Origin: a virus
Taxonomy: Duplodnaviria; Caudoviricetes
Reading direction: 5' to 3' (one strand)
Virus record (IMG/VR): IMGVR_UViG_3300037518_000480
Span: 1-40,283 of that record
Length of the DNA: 40,283 nt
Positions 26,456-34,993 of the stretch are shown piece after piece. How positions within the stretch are numbered: position 1 is the first letter of the stretch; each line of letters starts with the position of its first letter. A model generated the notes under the pieces. That model had not been told where the DNA came from. It saw only the letters and a program-made list of their open reading frames with translations, and made no database searches. Made by a program: the position numbers and the translations under genes.

Positions 26456-27261
26456 GAATTGCGTATTGTAACGGAACGGAGTGGCTGAACGCCCTCGCCC
26501 TTGAACTGGAGGCGCTCGGACACACGATAACTGACGAATCGCCGGACGCAGTTATTGGCATGTCCATTTCACAGATGCCTCGTATTTGGCAGATGCACCA
26601 CACATACCCCGATGCCCTGCTCTTTAACTACTCGTGGGACATCTACTCGTGGGTGTGGACAACTCCAAGACCCGGTGAATACGACTACAAACGATATGTG
26701 GAACTTCTCAACGAGAGCACGGAGGTGTGGGTGCCGTCCGTGGCAGAGCAGAAACGCCACGACAAACTCTCCATACCCACCACGGTCATCAAGTCGTACT
26801 CGCTCTACTTCCCGCTTGAGAGAACGAACGGCGGGTATGTGTTCAATGCTATGCGTGAGATACCTGACGAAGAGTGGGGATGGGCGCGTAAGGCGTGTGA
26901 AGAGTTAGGGATTCCTTATGTGGAGAGCGACAGAAACCGAACCTTTGAAGAGTACAAAGATGTCCTCTCGGGCGCACGACTCCTTATCAGTCCAAACAAA
27001 GAAGCGTCAACGGGAGGACTGTCACTCATTGAGGGATATTACAACGGCATACCCGCTCTCGTGAATGGAGGTGGGGGAAACGGGGGAAACGAGTATGTTC
27101 CTTGCACGACCTTTCTGGGGTATGATGACTTGCGGAATAAGTTGCTTGAAAGTTTCCCTGTTCTTGATGTGGCTAAGTGTCGAAAGTGGGTCGAGCAAAA
27201 CTACTCACCGCGCATCATGGCGGAGAAAGTGAACACACGACTATGCGAGTACAAATCTTGA
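26452..27261 (+). CDS. GT-B (GT4-like) glycosyltransferase
   Basis: MRIAY..., EASTGGLSLIEG (E-x7/8-E). Confidence 0.75.
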   Translation: MRIAYCNGTEWLNALALELEALGHTITDESPDAVIGMSISQMPRIWQMHHTYPDALLFNYSWDIYSWVWTTPRPGEYDYKRYVELLNESTEVWVPSVAEQKRHDKLSIPTTVIKSYSLYFPLERTNGGYVFNAMREIPDEEWGWARKACEELGIPYVESDRNRTFEEYKDVLSGARLLISPNKEASTGGLSLIEGYYNGIPALVNGGGGNGGNEYVPCTTFLGYDDLRNKLLESFPVLDVAKCRKWVEQNYSPRIMAEKVNTRLCEYKS

Positions 27262-27809
27262 CCTCTCGACCGGTTGGAGAAGAGTGCAAGCTCTGGGTGC
27301 GAGAACGCGGCGTAGAGTTGGTGGACAGCAACCCCGATGTGCTGATTTCGGTGATGTATGACCGCGTGCTCTCGGAGTTTCCCGCGAGGTCGTTCAACTT
27401 CCACCCCGGAGTTCTCCCCCAGTATCGCGGCTCGGGCGCGTTCAGTTGGGCAATCATCAACGGAGAAGTGGAGACGGGCATCACCCTCCATGAGATTGAC
27501 GAGGACATCGACCACGGTGCAATCATCGACATCGTGAGATTTCCAGTTGACCCCAACGACACGGCGGGAACTCTCTACGAGCGGGGGATGCAATACCTGT
27601 TCTTTATGTTTCAGCGATGGTTTGACCGGATTGTCTCCGGCGACTACACGGTTATCTCCCAAGACAAGTGGCGCGGGAGAATCTACTACCGGCGCGACCT
27701 AGAGCGAGAGAAAGACCTTACCCGCTACGCCAGAGCGTTTGAGTTTGCGGACAAGGAGCGGGCGTTTTACTACAACCGCAAGGGGGAAAAGGTGGAGCTC
27801 GTCTGGTAG
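27243..27809 (+). CDS. N10-formyl-THF-dependent formyltransferase (probable sugar N-formyltransferase)
   Basis: NFHPGVLPQYRG, GITLHEIDEDIDHG; lacks the Fmt C-terminal domain. Confidence 0.88.
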   Translation: MRVQILTSRPVGEECKLWVRERGVELVDSNPDVLISVMYDRVLSEFPARSFNFHPGVLPQYRGSGAFSWAIINGEVETGITLHEIDEDIDHGAIIDIVRFPVDPNDTAGTLYERGMQYLFFMFQRWFDRIVSGDYTVISQDKWRGRIYYRRDLEREKDLTRYARAFEFADKERAFYYNRKGEKVELVW

Positions 27810-27823
27810 CTCCGCCTCTTTTT

Positions 27824-28540
27824 ATGAAGCTACACGAATACAACATAGAGTGGTACATAGACCAAATGGCGACCCCTTTTTCGTTCCCGGGGTTTTCTGA
27901 TGCAGAGTGGTTTTGTCTTATAGGCGAGCGGCACGGCAACAGAACGGGGTACGGACAGTTGCTTACTGACCAAGCAAACGACCTTCTTCTCTACACGCTC
28001 CATCAGCAGGGTCGCATGTTTCCCGCTATGCCGAAGCAAATGCTGTCTTTCCCGCAGGGGACAACGATTAAGGCATTTATCGCTTCTCATAGTCCACACG
28101 AGCTTCACTTCTACGAACGGGACATGGTAACTGACGAACTCGCGGAACGCGCGGGTCTTGCGCCACTAATCAAGAAACTACGAACCATGCAAGTTGGATT
28201 CGTCGGTAACCCTGCACTCAAGAAACTGGACGTGTTTCCCATTCATAGGTTTTATGCAACCGACCCGAACGATTTTCATTTGAACCGAAAGGGTATGCAG
28301 GGAGTGGTACGGCAGATTATGAAAGACCGTGATTGCGACATCTATCTGTTCTCGTCAGGAATATCCGCGGCGTGTATAATAGGCATGTTGCACGGAAAGC
28401 TCCGCGCGACACTCTTTGACTGCGGTAGCATATGGGATGCGTTTATAGGAATAGGTGGTCAGCGTGAGTGGAGAAGTAGATTGTATTCTGATGAAAAATT
28501 ATTAAGTAACTGGAAAGAAAAAAACAAACCTATACCATGA
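27824..28540 (+). CDS. possible GT-D-fold glycosyltransferase
   Basis: FSDAEW, LFSSG, DCGSIWD resemble GT-D motifs. Confidence 0.55.
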   Translation: MKLHEYNIEWYIDQMATPFSFPGFSDAEWFCLIGERHGNRTGYGQLLTDQANDLLLYTLHQQGRMFPAMPKQMLSFPQGTTIKAFIASHSPHELHFYERDMVTDELAERAGLAPLIKKLRTMQVGFVGNPALKKLDVFPIHRFYATDPNDFHLNRKGMQGVVRQIMKDRDCDIYLFSSGISAACIIGMLHGKLRATLFDCGSIWDAFIGIGGQREWRSRLYSDEKLLSNWKEKNKPIP

Positions 28541-28716
28541 TTACAAAGATTACAAAAAAACGACGTATGACGACCCTCGAACTAATAGAAAAACTGAAAG
28601 AGGTCGTAGAGATCGTTGGGTGTGAGTGTCACGACTATGAAAGGTGTGCATGTAACTGTCACACAATTAGAGATGTCATTAAACGACTATACAGGAGGTT
28701 AAGAAATGAAGTTTGA
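28537..28716 (+). CDS. 59-aa Cys/His-cluster protein
   Basis: CECHDYERCACNCH; overlaps both neighbours. Confidence 0.55.
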   Translation: MITKITKKRRMTTLELIEKLKEVVEIVGCECHDYERCACNCHTIRDVIKRLYRRLRNEV

Positions 28717-29371
28717 GTCAATAGAAATGGGCGGATTTACGTTTTTCTTTCCGCCTAACGAGTCAAACGTAGAGTGGTCTAATGCCAATGTTATAGATGG
28801 AGTTATTAACGGCGGGTATTATGGGGGCGATTTGGAAGGGGTGGTTGTTGATATAGGCGCAAATGTCGGCAGTTTCTCCCTGCTTGCCTCACGACAGGCA
28901 GAGAGAGTGATTGCGTACGAGCCAGACCCTCGGAACATTGAGTGTCTGCTAAAGAACATCAAAACAAACAAGGTCAAAAATATCGTTGTTCACCGACAGG
29001 CGGTTGGTACCCCCGGCACAAGAACACTCAACGTAAATCTTATCAACTGCGGTCATAGCAATCTGTACTTTGCGAACGACGAAAAAGAACAGACAGAAGT
29101 TGAGAGTGTCTCGTTGGCACAGGTGTTTGACGATAACAACCTTGACCGCATTGACGTTTTGAAGGTTGATTGCGAGGGTGCGGAGTGGGAGTTTCTCTTT
29201 GAAGGAGAGGCGTTGCTGAACAGAGTTGAGCGGATAGTGATGGAAGTACATTTCTACCATAAAGGACAAACGCTGGAAGCGATGAAAAAGTTTCTCTCAA
29301 GACGTTTCAAGATACAAGACATCGGACAAACCACCGATACGGCGTTTATCCTGCGGGCATACAAGAAGTGA
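28706..29371 (+). CDS. FkbM-family methyltransferase
   Basis: VVDIGANVG, YEP, LKVDCEGAE, MEVH. Confidence 0.92.
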   Translation: MKFESIEMGGFTFFFPPNESNVEWSNANVIDGVINGGYYGGDLEGVVVDIGANVGSFSLLASRQAERVIAYEPDPRNIECLLKNIKTNKVKNIVVHRQAVGTPGTRTLNVNLINCGHSNLYFANDEKEQTEVESVSLAQVFDDNNLDRIDVLKVDCEGAEWEFLFEGEALLNRVERIVMEVHFYHKGQTLEAMKKFLSRRFKIQDIGQTTDTAFILRAYKK

Positions 29372-29383
29372 TATACTATATTC

Positions 29384-29641
29384 ATGGCGAATGTATTAGG
29401 CACAAAACTGGCAGTTACCAGTACCGAAAACACAAAGCTGTTTGGCACAAACTATCAACTGCTTCATATTAAGAATCAGGGTTCCACCGACTGTCAGATT
29501 GACTTTGACCAAGCGGTGTCTGACGACTCGTATCTCTTGGAGGCGGGCGAGGCACTCACCATTACCAACTATGCCGTAATTCGTCTGCACTTTAAGACTG
29601 CAAGTGGAACAACCACGCTTTATACTCTCGTACTCAAATGA
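29384..29641 (+). CDS. small beta-sandwich virion (decoration/spike-base-like) protein
   Basis: LHIKNQG...LEAGEALT pattern; own leaderless promoter TG-A-TATACT 29369-29377. Confidence 0.55.
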   Translation: MANVLGTKLAVTSTENTKLFGTNYQLLHIKNQGSTDCQIDFDQAVSDDSYLLEAGEALTITNYAVIRLHFKTASGTTTLYTLVLK

Positions 29642-29726
29642 TTACTTTTCACAAAAGCGACAGGAAAACGAGGAAACTACTTCTTGGTATTTTGGTCGTT
29701 TTGATTTATAACTTCCTACTTGACGT

Positions 29727-31040
29727 ATGGGTCTTTCTCTCTCAGAGTTTCTAAGACCGAGGTCTTCTGACGACCTTTCTGATGTAACCATTACTGACCT
29801 TGGAGCAGATGAACTTCTCTTTACCCAAGACGGTTCTAATTGGATAAACCAAACCCTCGCAGAAGCGGGCATCAGCGCTGTCGGACACACCCACACCAAA
29901 ACAGACCTTACCGACATTGCCGACTTCCTTTTGGAGAGTGAAGTGGATGCGGATATAAAGACCCTCTCCCTGCCCGCTTCTACCACCATCTCCGCCTTTG
30001 GGGCTTCCTTGATTGATGATGCCGCCGCCTCTAACGCCCGCACAACTCTTGGGCTTGTTATCGGCACAGATGTCCAAGCTCACTCTGCCGTGCTCGATGC
30101 AACCACCGCTTCATTCCTAACAGCAGACGAAACGAAACTTGACGGCATAGAAGCTCTGGCGGAAGTCAATAACATATCTGATACAGACGCTACTGACCTC
30201 ACAGACGCTGGAGCCACAACCCTCCACAAGCACGACCACGGAGGAATGGATGGTCTCATTGACGACGACCACACCCAATACGCCCTCCTTGCAGGGAGAA
30301 GTGGAGGGCAGACGTTGATAGGTGGAATATCGGGAGCGCATGGGGCTTTGACGATAGGGACGGACGGGACAAGCAACGCTTCAATTTTTGCTATTACAGG
30401 AACAACCAACGCTAATAATGCAATTAACTTATCTACTTCACTTGAGTTGTCTGATGGCGCGAATAAAACCGTCACCTTATGGTCACCCATAATTCGTGCA
30501 ACAGCGGACTTTACACTACTGCGCGGCATGAACAACTTTACCCGTTTTGGCGGCAGTAGTTCTATCACGCTAAACACTTATAACTCTTCTATTGCGGGTG
30601 TCACTTTTGCAGAAGATACAGATATAAATATCACAGTCGTCCGTGCTTTCTATGCTCAAGCCGTGTTTAATATTTCTTCTGCCACCCCGACCATCGGAAC
30701 CTATTACGGCTTCTATGTGGACGACCTGACATTCGCTACTACCAACTGGGGATTCTATAACGCAGGGACAGCGAATAACTATTTAGGAACTGGAAACACA
30801 GGACTCGGAGTTACGGCATGGGGAACGAGTGCGGCACGAGTGCTTGGTATCGGCAACGGCACGGAGCCGTCCACTTCTCCGGCTGATATGATACAGCTCT
30901 ATTCGGTGGACTTGAGTGCAGGGAACGCTACGCTGGGACTCCGCACCGAGACGGCGGTCGTTACGGAATCAATTACCAGCAATAGAACATTGTCAATCCG
31001 TATTAACGGAACCACCTACAAGGTGTTGTTGAGCACATAA
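29727..31040 (+). CDS. tail fibre/spike-like protein
   Basis: HTH and HDH...DDDHTQY fibre motifs, ARTTLGLVIGTDVQA, KLDGIE, beta-rich C half. Confidence 0.75.
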   Translation: MGLSLSEFLRPRSSDDLSDVTITDLGADELLFTQDGSNWINQTLAEAGISAVGHTHTKTDLTDIADFLLESEVDADIKTLSLPASTTISAFGASLIDDAAASNARTTLGLVIGTDVQAHSAVLDATTASFLTADETKLDGIEALAEVNNISDTDATDLTDAGATTLHKHDHGGMDGLIDDDHTQYALLAGRSGGQTLIGGISGAHGALTIGTDGTSNASIFAITGTTNANNAINLSTSLELSDGANKTVTLWSPIIRATADFTLLRGMNNFTRFGGSSSITLNTYNSSIAGVTFAEDTDINITVVRAFYAQAVFNISSATPTIGTYYGFYVDDLTFATTNWGFYNAGTANNYLGTGNTGLGVTAWGTSAARVLGIGNGTEPSTSPADMIQLYSVDLSAGNATLGLRTETAVVTESITSNRTLSIRINGTTYKVLLST

Positions 31041-31041
31041 T

Positions 31042-31317
31042 ATGAGCCTTGATTCACCACACAGCGAAATAATGCATACACTCGGCAAGCTTGAAGGTAA
31101 GCTTGACGCACTTCACGCACAGGTAGTCATTCAGAACGGACGCATTGGAAAAGTGGAAAGCGGTAAGATAGACAAAGAGGATGTAATTCGCTTGAACGCA
31201 GATACTGACCACGACCAAAGAGAGTTCAACCGACGGATAAGTCGCAATGAAAAGGCAATCTGGGCTATCGGCGGAGGGGTTGCCGTGTTACAAGCATTGA
31301 CATATCTTGTAAAATAG
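31042..31317 (+). CDS. coiled-coil protein with C-terminal TM (XhlA/holin-like)
   Basis: QNGRIGKVE coiled coil plus WAIGGGVAVLQALTYLV. Confidence 0.6.
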   Translation: MSLDSPHSEIMHTLGKLEGKLDALHAQVVIQNGRIGKVESGKIDKEDVIRLNADTDHDQREFNRRISRNEKAIWAIGGGVAVLQALTYLVK

Positions 31318-31318
31318 T

Positions 31319-32335
31319 ATGAGTCCGCGTATTGGACTAATAGCGAGGTACGACAATAGTGGGCTTGGAACGCTATCGTGGGAGTTTGCCCGCCACCTCA
31401 ACCCGCATAAGATACTCCTTGTTGAAAATGGAGTTCATCAAACATTCCCCGAACGATACGCGCACTTTGATACCAGAAAGGTAAATCAAAGAATAGAAGC
31501 TGGTTTACGTCAGTGGCTTCTTGAAGACATTGACATACTGCTCTCCATTGAGACGTTTTACGACTGGTCGCTCATCAAGGACTGCCGACAGAGAGGTATC
31601 AAAACGGCTCTCTACACGATGTTTGAGGTTACGCCAGACCCCCTACCACTTCACCCCGACCTCTTTATCTGTCCCTCAAAACTCGATATGGAGTATTTCC
31701 CCGAACCAAAGGTGTTTTTACCCGTGCCTGTCGCTACAGACCGACTCAAGTGGCAAAAACGAACGTATGCGAGGACTTTTGTGCATAGTGCATCTCACGG
31801 AGGTATTGCAGGCAGAAAAGGCACACAGGCGCTTTTAGACGCTTGGAGCATGGTTCCGCATAAAGACGCGCGACTGAAGATATACACATGGAAGCCCTTT
31901 ACAACTACTGACCCCCGTATTACTGTTGAGGTAGTAAACTTCAAGAACTACTGGCAGGTATGGCGTGAAGGTGATGTTCTGGTGTATCCGCAGGGAGCGA
32001 ACGGCATTTGCCTTCCTATCATTGAGGCGTGGTCGTCAGGCCTTGCAGTTATCACCACGGACATATATCCTTTCAATGAGTACATGCCGAAGGAGTTGCT
32101 CTTCAAGCCGGAGCAAACTGTTCGCCGAAAACTTGCGTCGGGACTCAAAGAAGTAGATGATTACGTTATATCTCCAAGGAATATCGCAGACAAAATAAAT
32201 GAGTATTGTCTACAAAACATCTCCCGATTCTCTAAACTTGGCAGGATTTGGGCAGAGGAGAACTCTTGGGAAACCCTCCTCCCTAAATATACCGACGTAC
32301 TTAACAATCTCGCCTTGCCGTCTGTGCAAAAGTAA
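31319..32335 (+). CDS. GT-B (GT4-like) glycosyltransferase
   Basis: RKGT, DVLVYP..NGICLPIIEAWSSGLAVITTD. Confidence 0.85.
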   Translation: MSPRIGLIARYDNSGLGTLSWEFARHLNPHKILLVENGVHQTFPERYAHFDTRKVNQRIEAGLRQWLLEDIDILLSIETFYDWSLIKDCRQRGIKTALYTMFEVTPDPLPLHPDLFICPSKLDMEYFPEPKVFLPVPVATDRLKWQKRTYARTFVHSASHGGIAGRKGTQALLDAWSMVPHKDARLKIYTWKPFTTTDPRITVEVVNFKNYWQVWREGDVLVYPQGANGICLPIIEAWSSGLAVITTDIYPFNEYMPKELLFKPEQTVRRKLASGLKEVDDYVISPRNIADKINEYCLQNISRFSKLGRIWAEENSWETLLPKYTDVLNNLALPSVQK

Positions 32336-33431
32336 CAACCTCACGGAACTTTTTTCTCTTGGCAACCACTACGTCAATACATTTCCTAAAGAGTGGCCGT
32401 ATAACGGCACACAGTGTCCCATTACACTTATGCGCTGTAATGACTGCTCGATGATTCAGGCAAAGCACACCGCGCCGAATGACTTGCTCTATTCCAGCCA
32501 CTACTGGTTCAAGTCGGGAATGAATAAAGTTGTCGCCGATAACTTGGCGTCTATTGCAAAAGAGGCGGTGGAGTATATGGAAGCGGGTGACACGATTCTT
32601 GACATCGGTGCAAACGACGGCACGCTTCTTTCTCACGTTCCCAAAAAGTATGTTCGGGTGGGAGTGGAACCCGCCACGAACCTTGTGGAGTCGTTGCGAA
32701 AACATGCAGACATCGTGCTAAACGAGTTTTGGAAAGGATATGACGGAACCGCAAAGGTCATCACCGCCATTGGTATGTTCTATGACACCGAAGACCCTGT
32801 GGAGTTTCTCTCTCTTGCCAAAAAGTCGCTCGCCAAAGACGGCACATTTATCACCGAGATGATGACGGCAAAGCAGATGGTGGACGAGAATGACGTGGGC
32901 AATCTGTGTCATGAGCACCTGATGTTCTACACATGGAAAACCATAAAGATTCTCTTTGAGAAAGCGGGTCTTGAAATCTTCTCTATCACGCACAATCCAC
33001 AATCAGAAGACGGGAAAGGTTACAGAATACTTGCAAGACACTGGAAAAACGAACACGTTGACTTCCACGAAGACGAGCCCGACCTTGGGGCGTTTTTCAA
33101 GAACATCGAGACAATAAAGAACGAAACACTTGAATACCTTGAACATAACGATGTGTATATTTACGGCGCGTCTACCAAAGCAAACACGATTCTCCAGTAT
33201 TACGGAACAAACAAAATCATCGGTGCTATTGACAAAGACCCCGACAAGGTGGGGCGGTATCTGCTCACAGGAGTTCCCATTGTCGCGGAGTCAGAGCTCC
33301 GAAAAGCCACAAACCTGTGGTGTGTCCCATACCCATTCATAGATTTCTTTAGGGAAAAAGAGTCATTTGGGGGGAGGTGGGTTGTTACGAATCCTGACTT
33401 TAGGATTTATGATTCCGACAGAGGAGTATAA
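32199..33431 (+). CDS. NDP-sugar C-methyltransferase-like protein (start uncertain, possibly ATA 32289)
   Basis: CRLC...CNDC Zn site, LDIGANDG, CHEH, YGASTKANT. Confidence 0.88.
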   Translation: MSIVYKTSPDSLNLAGFGQRRTLGKPSSLNIPTYLTISPCRLCKSNNLTELFSLGNHYVNTFPKEWPYNGTQCPITLMRCNDCSMIQAKHTAPNDLLYSSHYWFKSGMNKVVADNLASIAKEAVEYMEAGDTILDIGANDGTLLSHVPKKYVRVGVEPATNLVESLRKHADIVLNEFWKGYDGTAKVITAIGMFYDTEDPVEFLSLAKKSLAKDGTFITEMMTAKQMVDENDVGNLCHEHLMFYTWKTIKILFEKAGLEIFSITHNPQSEDGKGYRILARHWKNEHVDFHEDEPDLGAFFKNIETIKNETLEYLEHNDVYIYGASTKANTILQYYGTNKIIGAIDKDPDKVGRYLLTGVPIVAESELRKATNLWCVPYPFIDFFREKESFGGRWVVTNPDFRIYDSDRGV

Positions 33432-33813
33432 AAAGATAGCGGAGAGCGTGCCGATTCTCTGCGTGGATGCCATTGTGGTGTATGGGGGTAAGTATCTCTT
33501 GTTAAAACGAACTAACGAGCCGCTGAAGGACGAGTGGTGGGTGCCGGGTGGACGTGTCTTAAAGGGTGAGACGCTTGGAGATGCCGTGATACGAAAGGTT
33601 CGTTCAGAAACGGGACTTGATGTTGTTGTTGTGTGGGACGTGGGATTCTATCAGGAAGAGTTTGTTGACAATGAGTTGGAGATTGAATCTATACATACAG
33701 TATCAGCAGTATTCATCGTTAGCCCGCTCCATACACACATAAAACTCGACAGCACCAGCTCGGCGTTTAAGTGGGCATCAAAACTACCCGAACGATTTAT
33801 GGAACAATTATGA
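33409..33813 (+). CDS. Nudix hydrolase, GDP-mannose mannosyl hydrolase-like
   Basis: PILCVD, KRTNEP, WWVPGGRVLKGE with degenerate Nudix box; adjacent to gmd. Confidence 0.78.
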   Translation: MIPTEEYKKIAESVPILCVDAIVVYGGKYLLLKRTNEPLKDEWWVPGGRVLKGETLGDAVIRKVRSETGLDVVVVWDVGFYQEEFVDNELEIESIHTVSAVFIVSPLHTHIKLDSTSSAFKWASKLPERFMEQL

Positions 33814-34799
33814 GAAAGCATAAAACAGCACTGATTACGGGCATTACCGGACAAGACGGTTCGTACCTTGCGGAATTACTGCTTGAAAAGGGCTATGGCG
33901 TTCATGGTCTCATACGGCGCGTTTCCATAGGGTACGGAAACTTCAGAAATATCTCTCATCTTTTGGACAAGATTACCCTTCACCGAGGAGATATGGGCGA
34001 TTCAAGCTCTATTCACAGAGTTGTTTCGGAGGTTAGACCGGACGAACTATACAATCTTGCGGCACAGGCAGATGTCGGGGACTCTTTTGATATGGGCGAA
34101 TACTCGGTGGACATCAACGGCATTGGGGTCTACAGGGTTCTTTCTGCGGTAAAGCAACACGCTCCACAGTGCAGGGTCTATCAGGCGTCAACATCAGAAT
34201 TGTTCGGAGCCGCCGAGGAAACACCGCAGAACGAACGAACACAAATGAATCCGCAGAGCCCGTATTCTATCGGGAAACTTGTCGGCTACCACGCGATACG
34301 CAAAGCACGAGACGCGGGACTCTTTGCTTGTAACGGTATTCTGTTCAACCATGAATCGGAACGACGGGGGGACGACTACCTTACCAGAAAGGTAACAAAG
34401 GCGGTTGCCCGTATTAAGCACGGACTTCAGAGCGAGCTTCGGCTTGGAAACCTTGAATCAAAACGTGATTGGGGGTACTCACCCGAATATGTTGAGGCGG
34501 CGTGGCGCATACTTCAGCAGGACATCCCTGACGATTTTGTGGTGGGGACGGGCGAGACGCACACTGTAGAGGAGTGGGTGCGTGAGGTCTTTGCGCTGGC
34601 AGGTCTTGATTGGAAACAGTATGTGGTGCAAGACGAGCACTTTTTTCGTCCAGCGGAAGTGGACATACTTCTTGCAGACGCAACCAAAACAAAGAAGGTT
34701 CTGGGTTGGGAACCGAAGGTTACTTTTACCAAACTAGCGAAAATAATGTATGAGCATGACCTTAAGCAAGAATCTCCTCAAGGAGCTGAAGCACGATAA
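33810..34799 (+). CDS. gmd: GDP-mannose 4,6-dehydratase
   Basis: ALITGITGQDGSYLAE, YQASTSELFG, SPYSIGK, GILFNHES, LGNLESKRDWG, RPAEVD. Confidence 0.96.
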   Translation: MRKHKTALITGITGQDGSYLAELLLEKGYGVHGLIRRVSIGYGNFRNISHLLDKITLHRGDMGDSSSIHRVVSEVRPDELYNLAAQADVGDSFDMGEYSVDINGIGVYRVLSAVKQHAPQCRVYQASTSELFGAAEETPQNERTQMNPQSPYSIGKLVGYHAIRKARDAGLFACNGILFNHESERRGDDYLTRKVTKAVARIKHGLQSELRLGNLESKRDWGYSPEYVEAAWRILQQDIPDDFVVGTGETHTVEEWVREVFALAGLDWKQYVVQDEHFFRPAEVDILLADATKTKKVLGWEPKVTFTKLAKIMYEHDLKQESPQGAEAR

Positions 34800-34962
34800 C
34801 CTGAAACAGCAAACGCTCATTGATGTGCGTCTCAAAATTGTTGCAGGAATGGCAATCGCCAAACCGGGCTTTGACGAAAAGGTTGCTACCAGCTTGCGCG
34901 TGCAAAAACAGGTGCTTCAGACCGAATTGGAATACATCGACAAGGAATTAGCAGAAAAATGA
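34750..34962 (+). CDS. small coiled-coil hypothetical protein
   Basis: Fills the gmd-aminotransferase gap. Confidence 0.55.
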   Translation: MSMTLSKNLLKELKHDNLKQQTLIDVRLKIVAGMAIAKPGFDEKVATSLRVQKQVLQTELEYIDKELAEK

Positions 34963-34993
34963 CCTCGCCCACTTGTGGTGAGTATACAGAACC

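Noticed and set aside
27243-27809. Methionyl-tRNA formyltransferase (fmt)
   Set aside because: Too short, no C-terminal tRNA-binding domain, and it lies among sugar genes.
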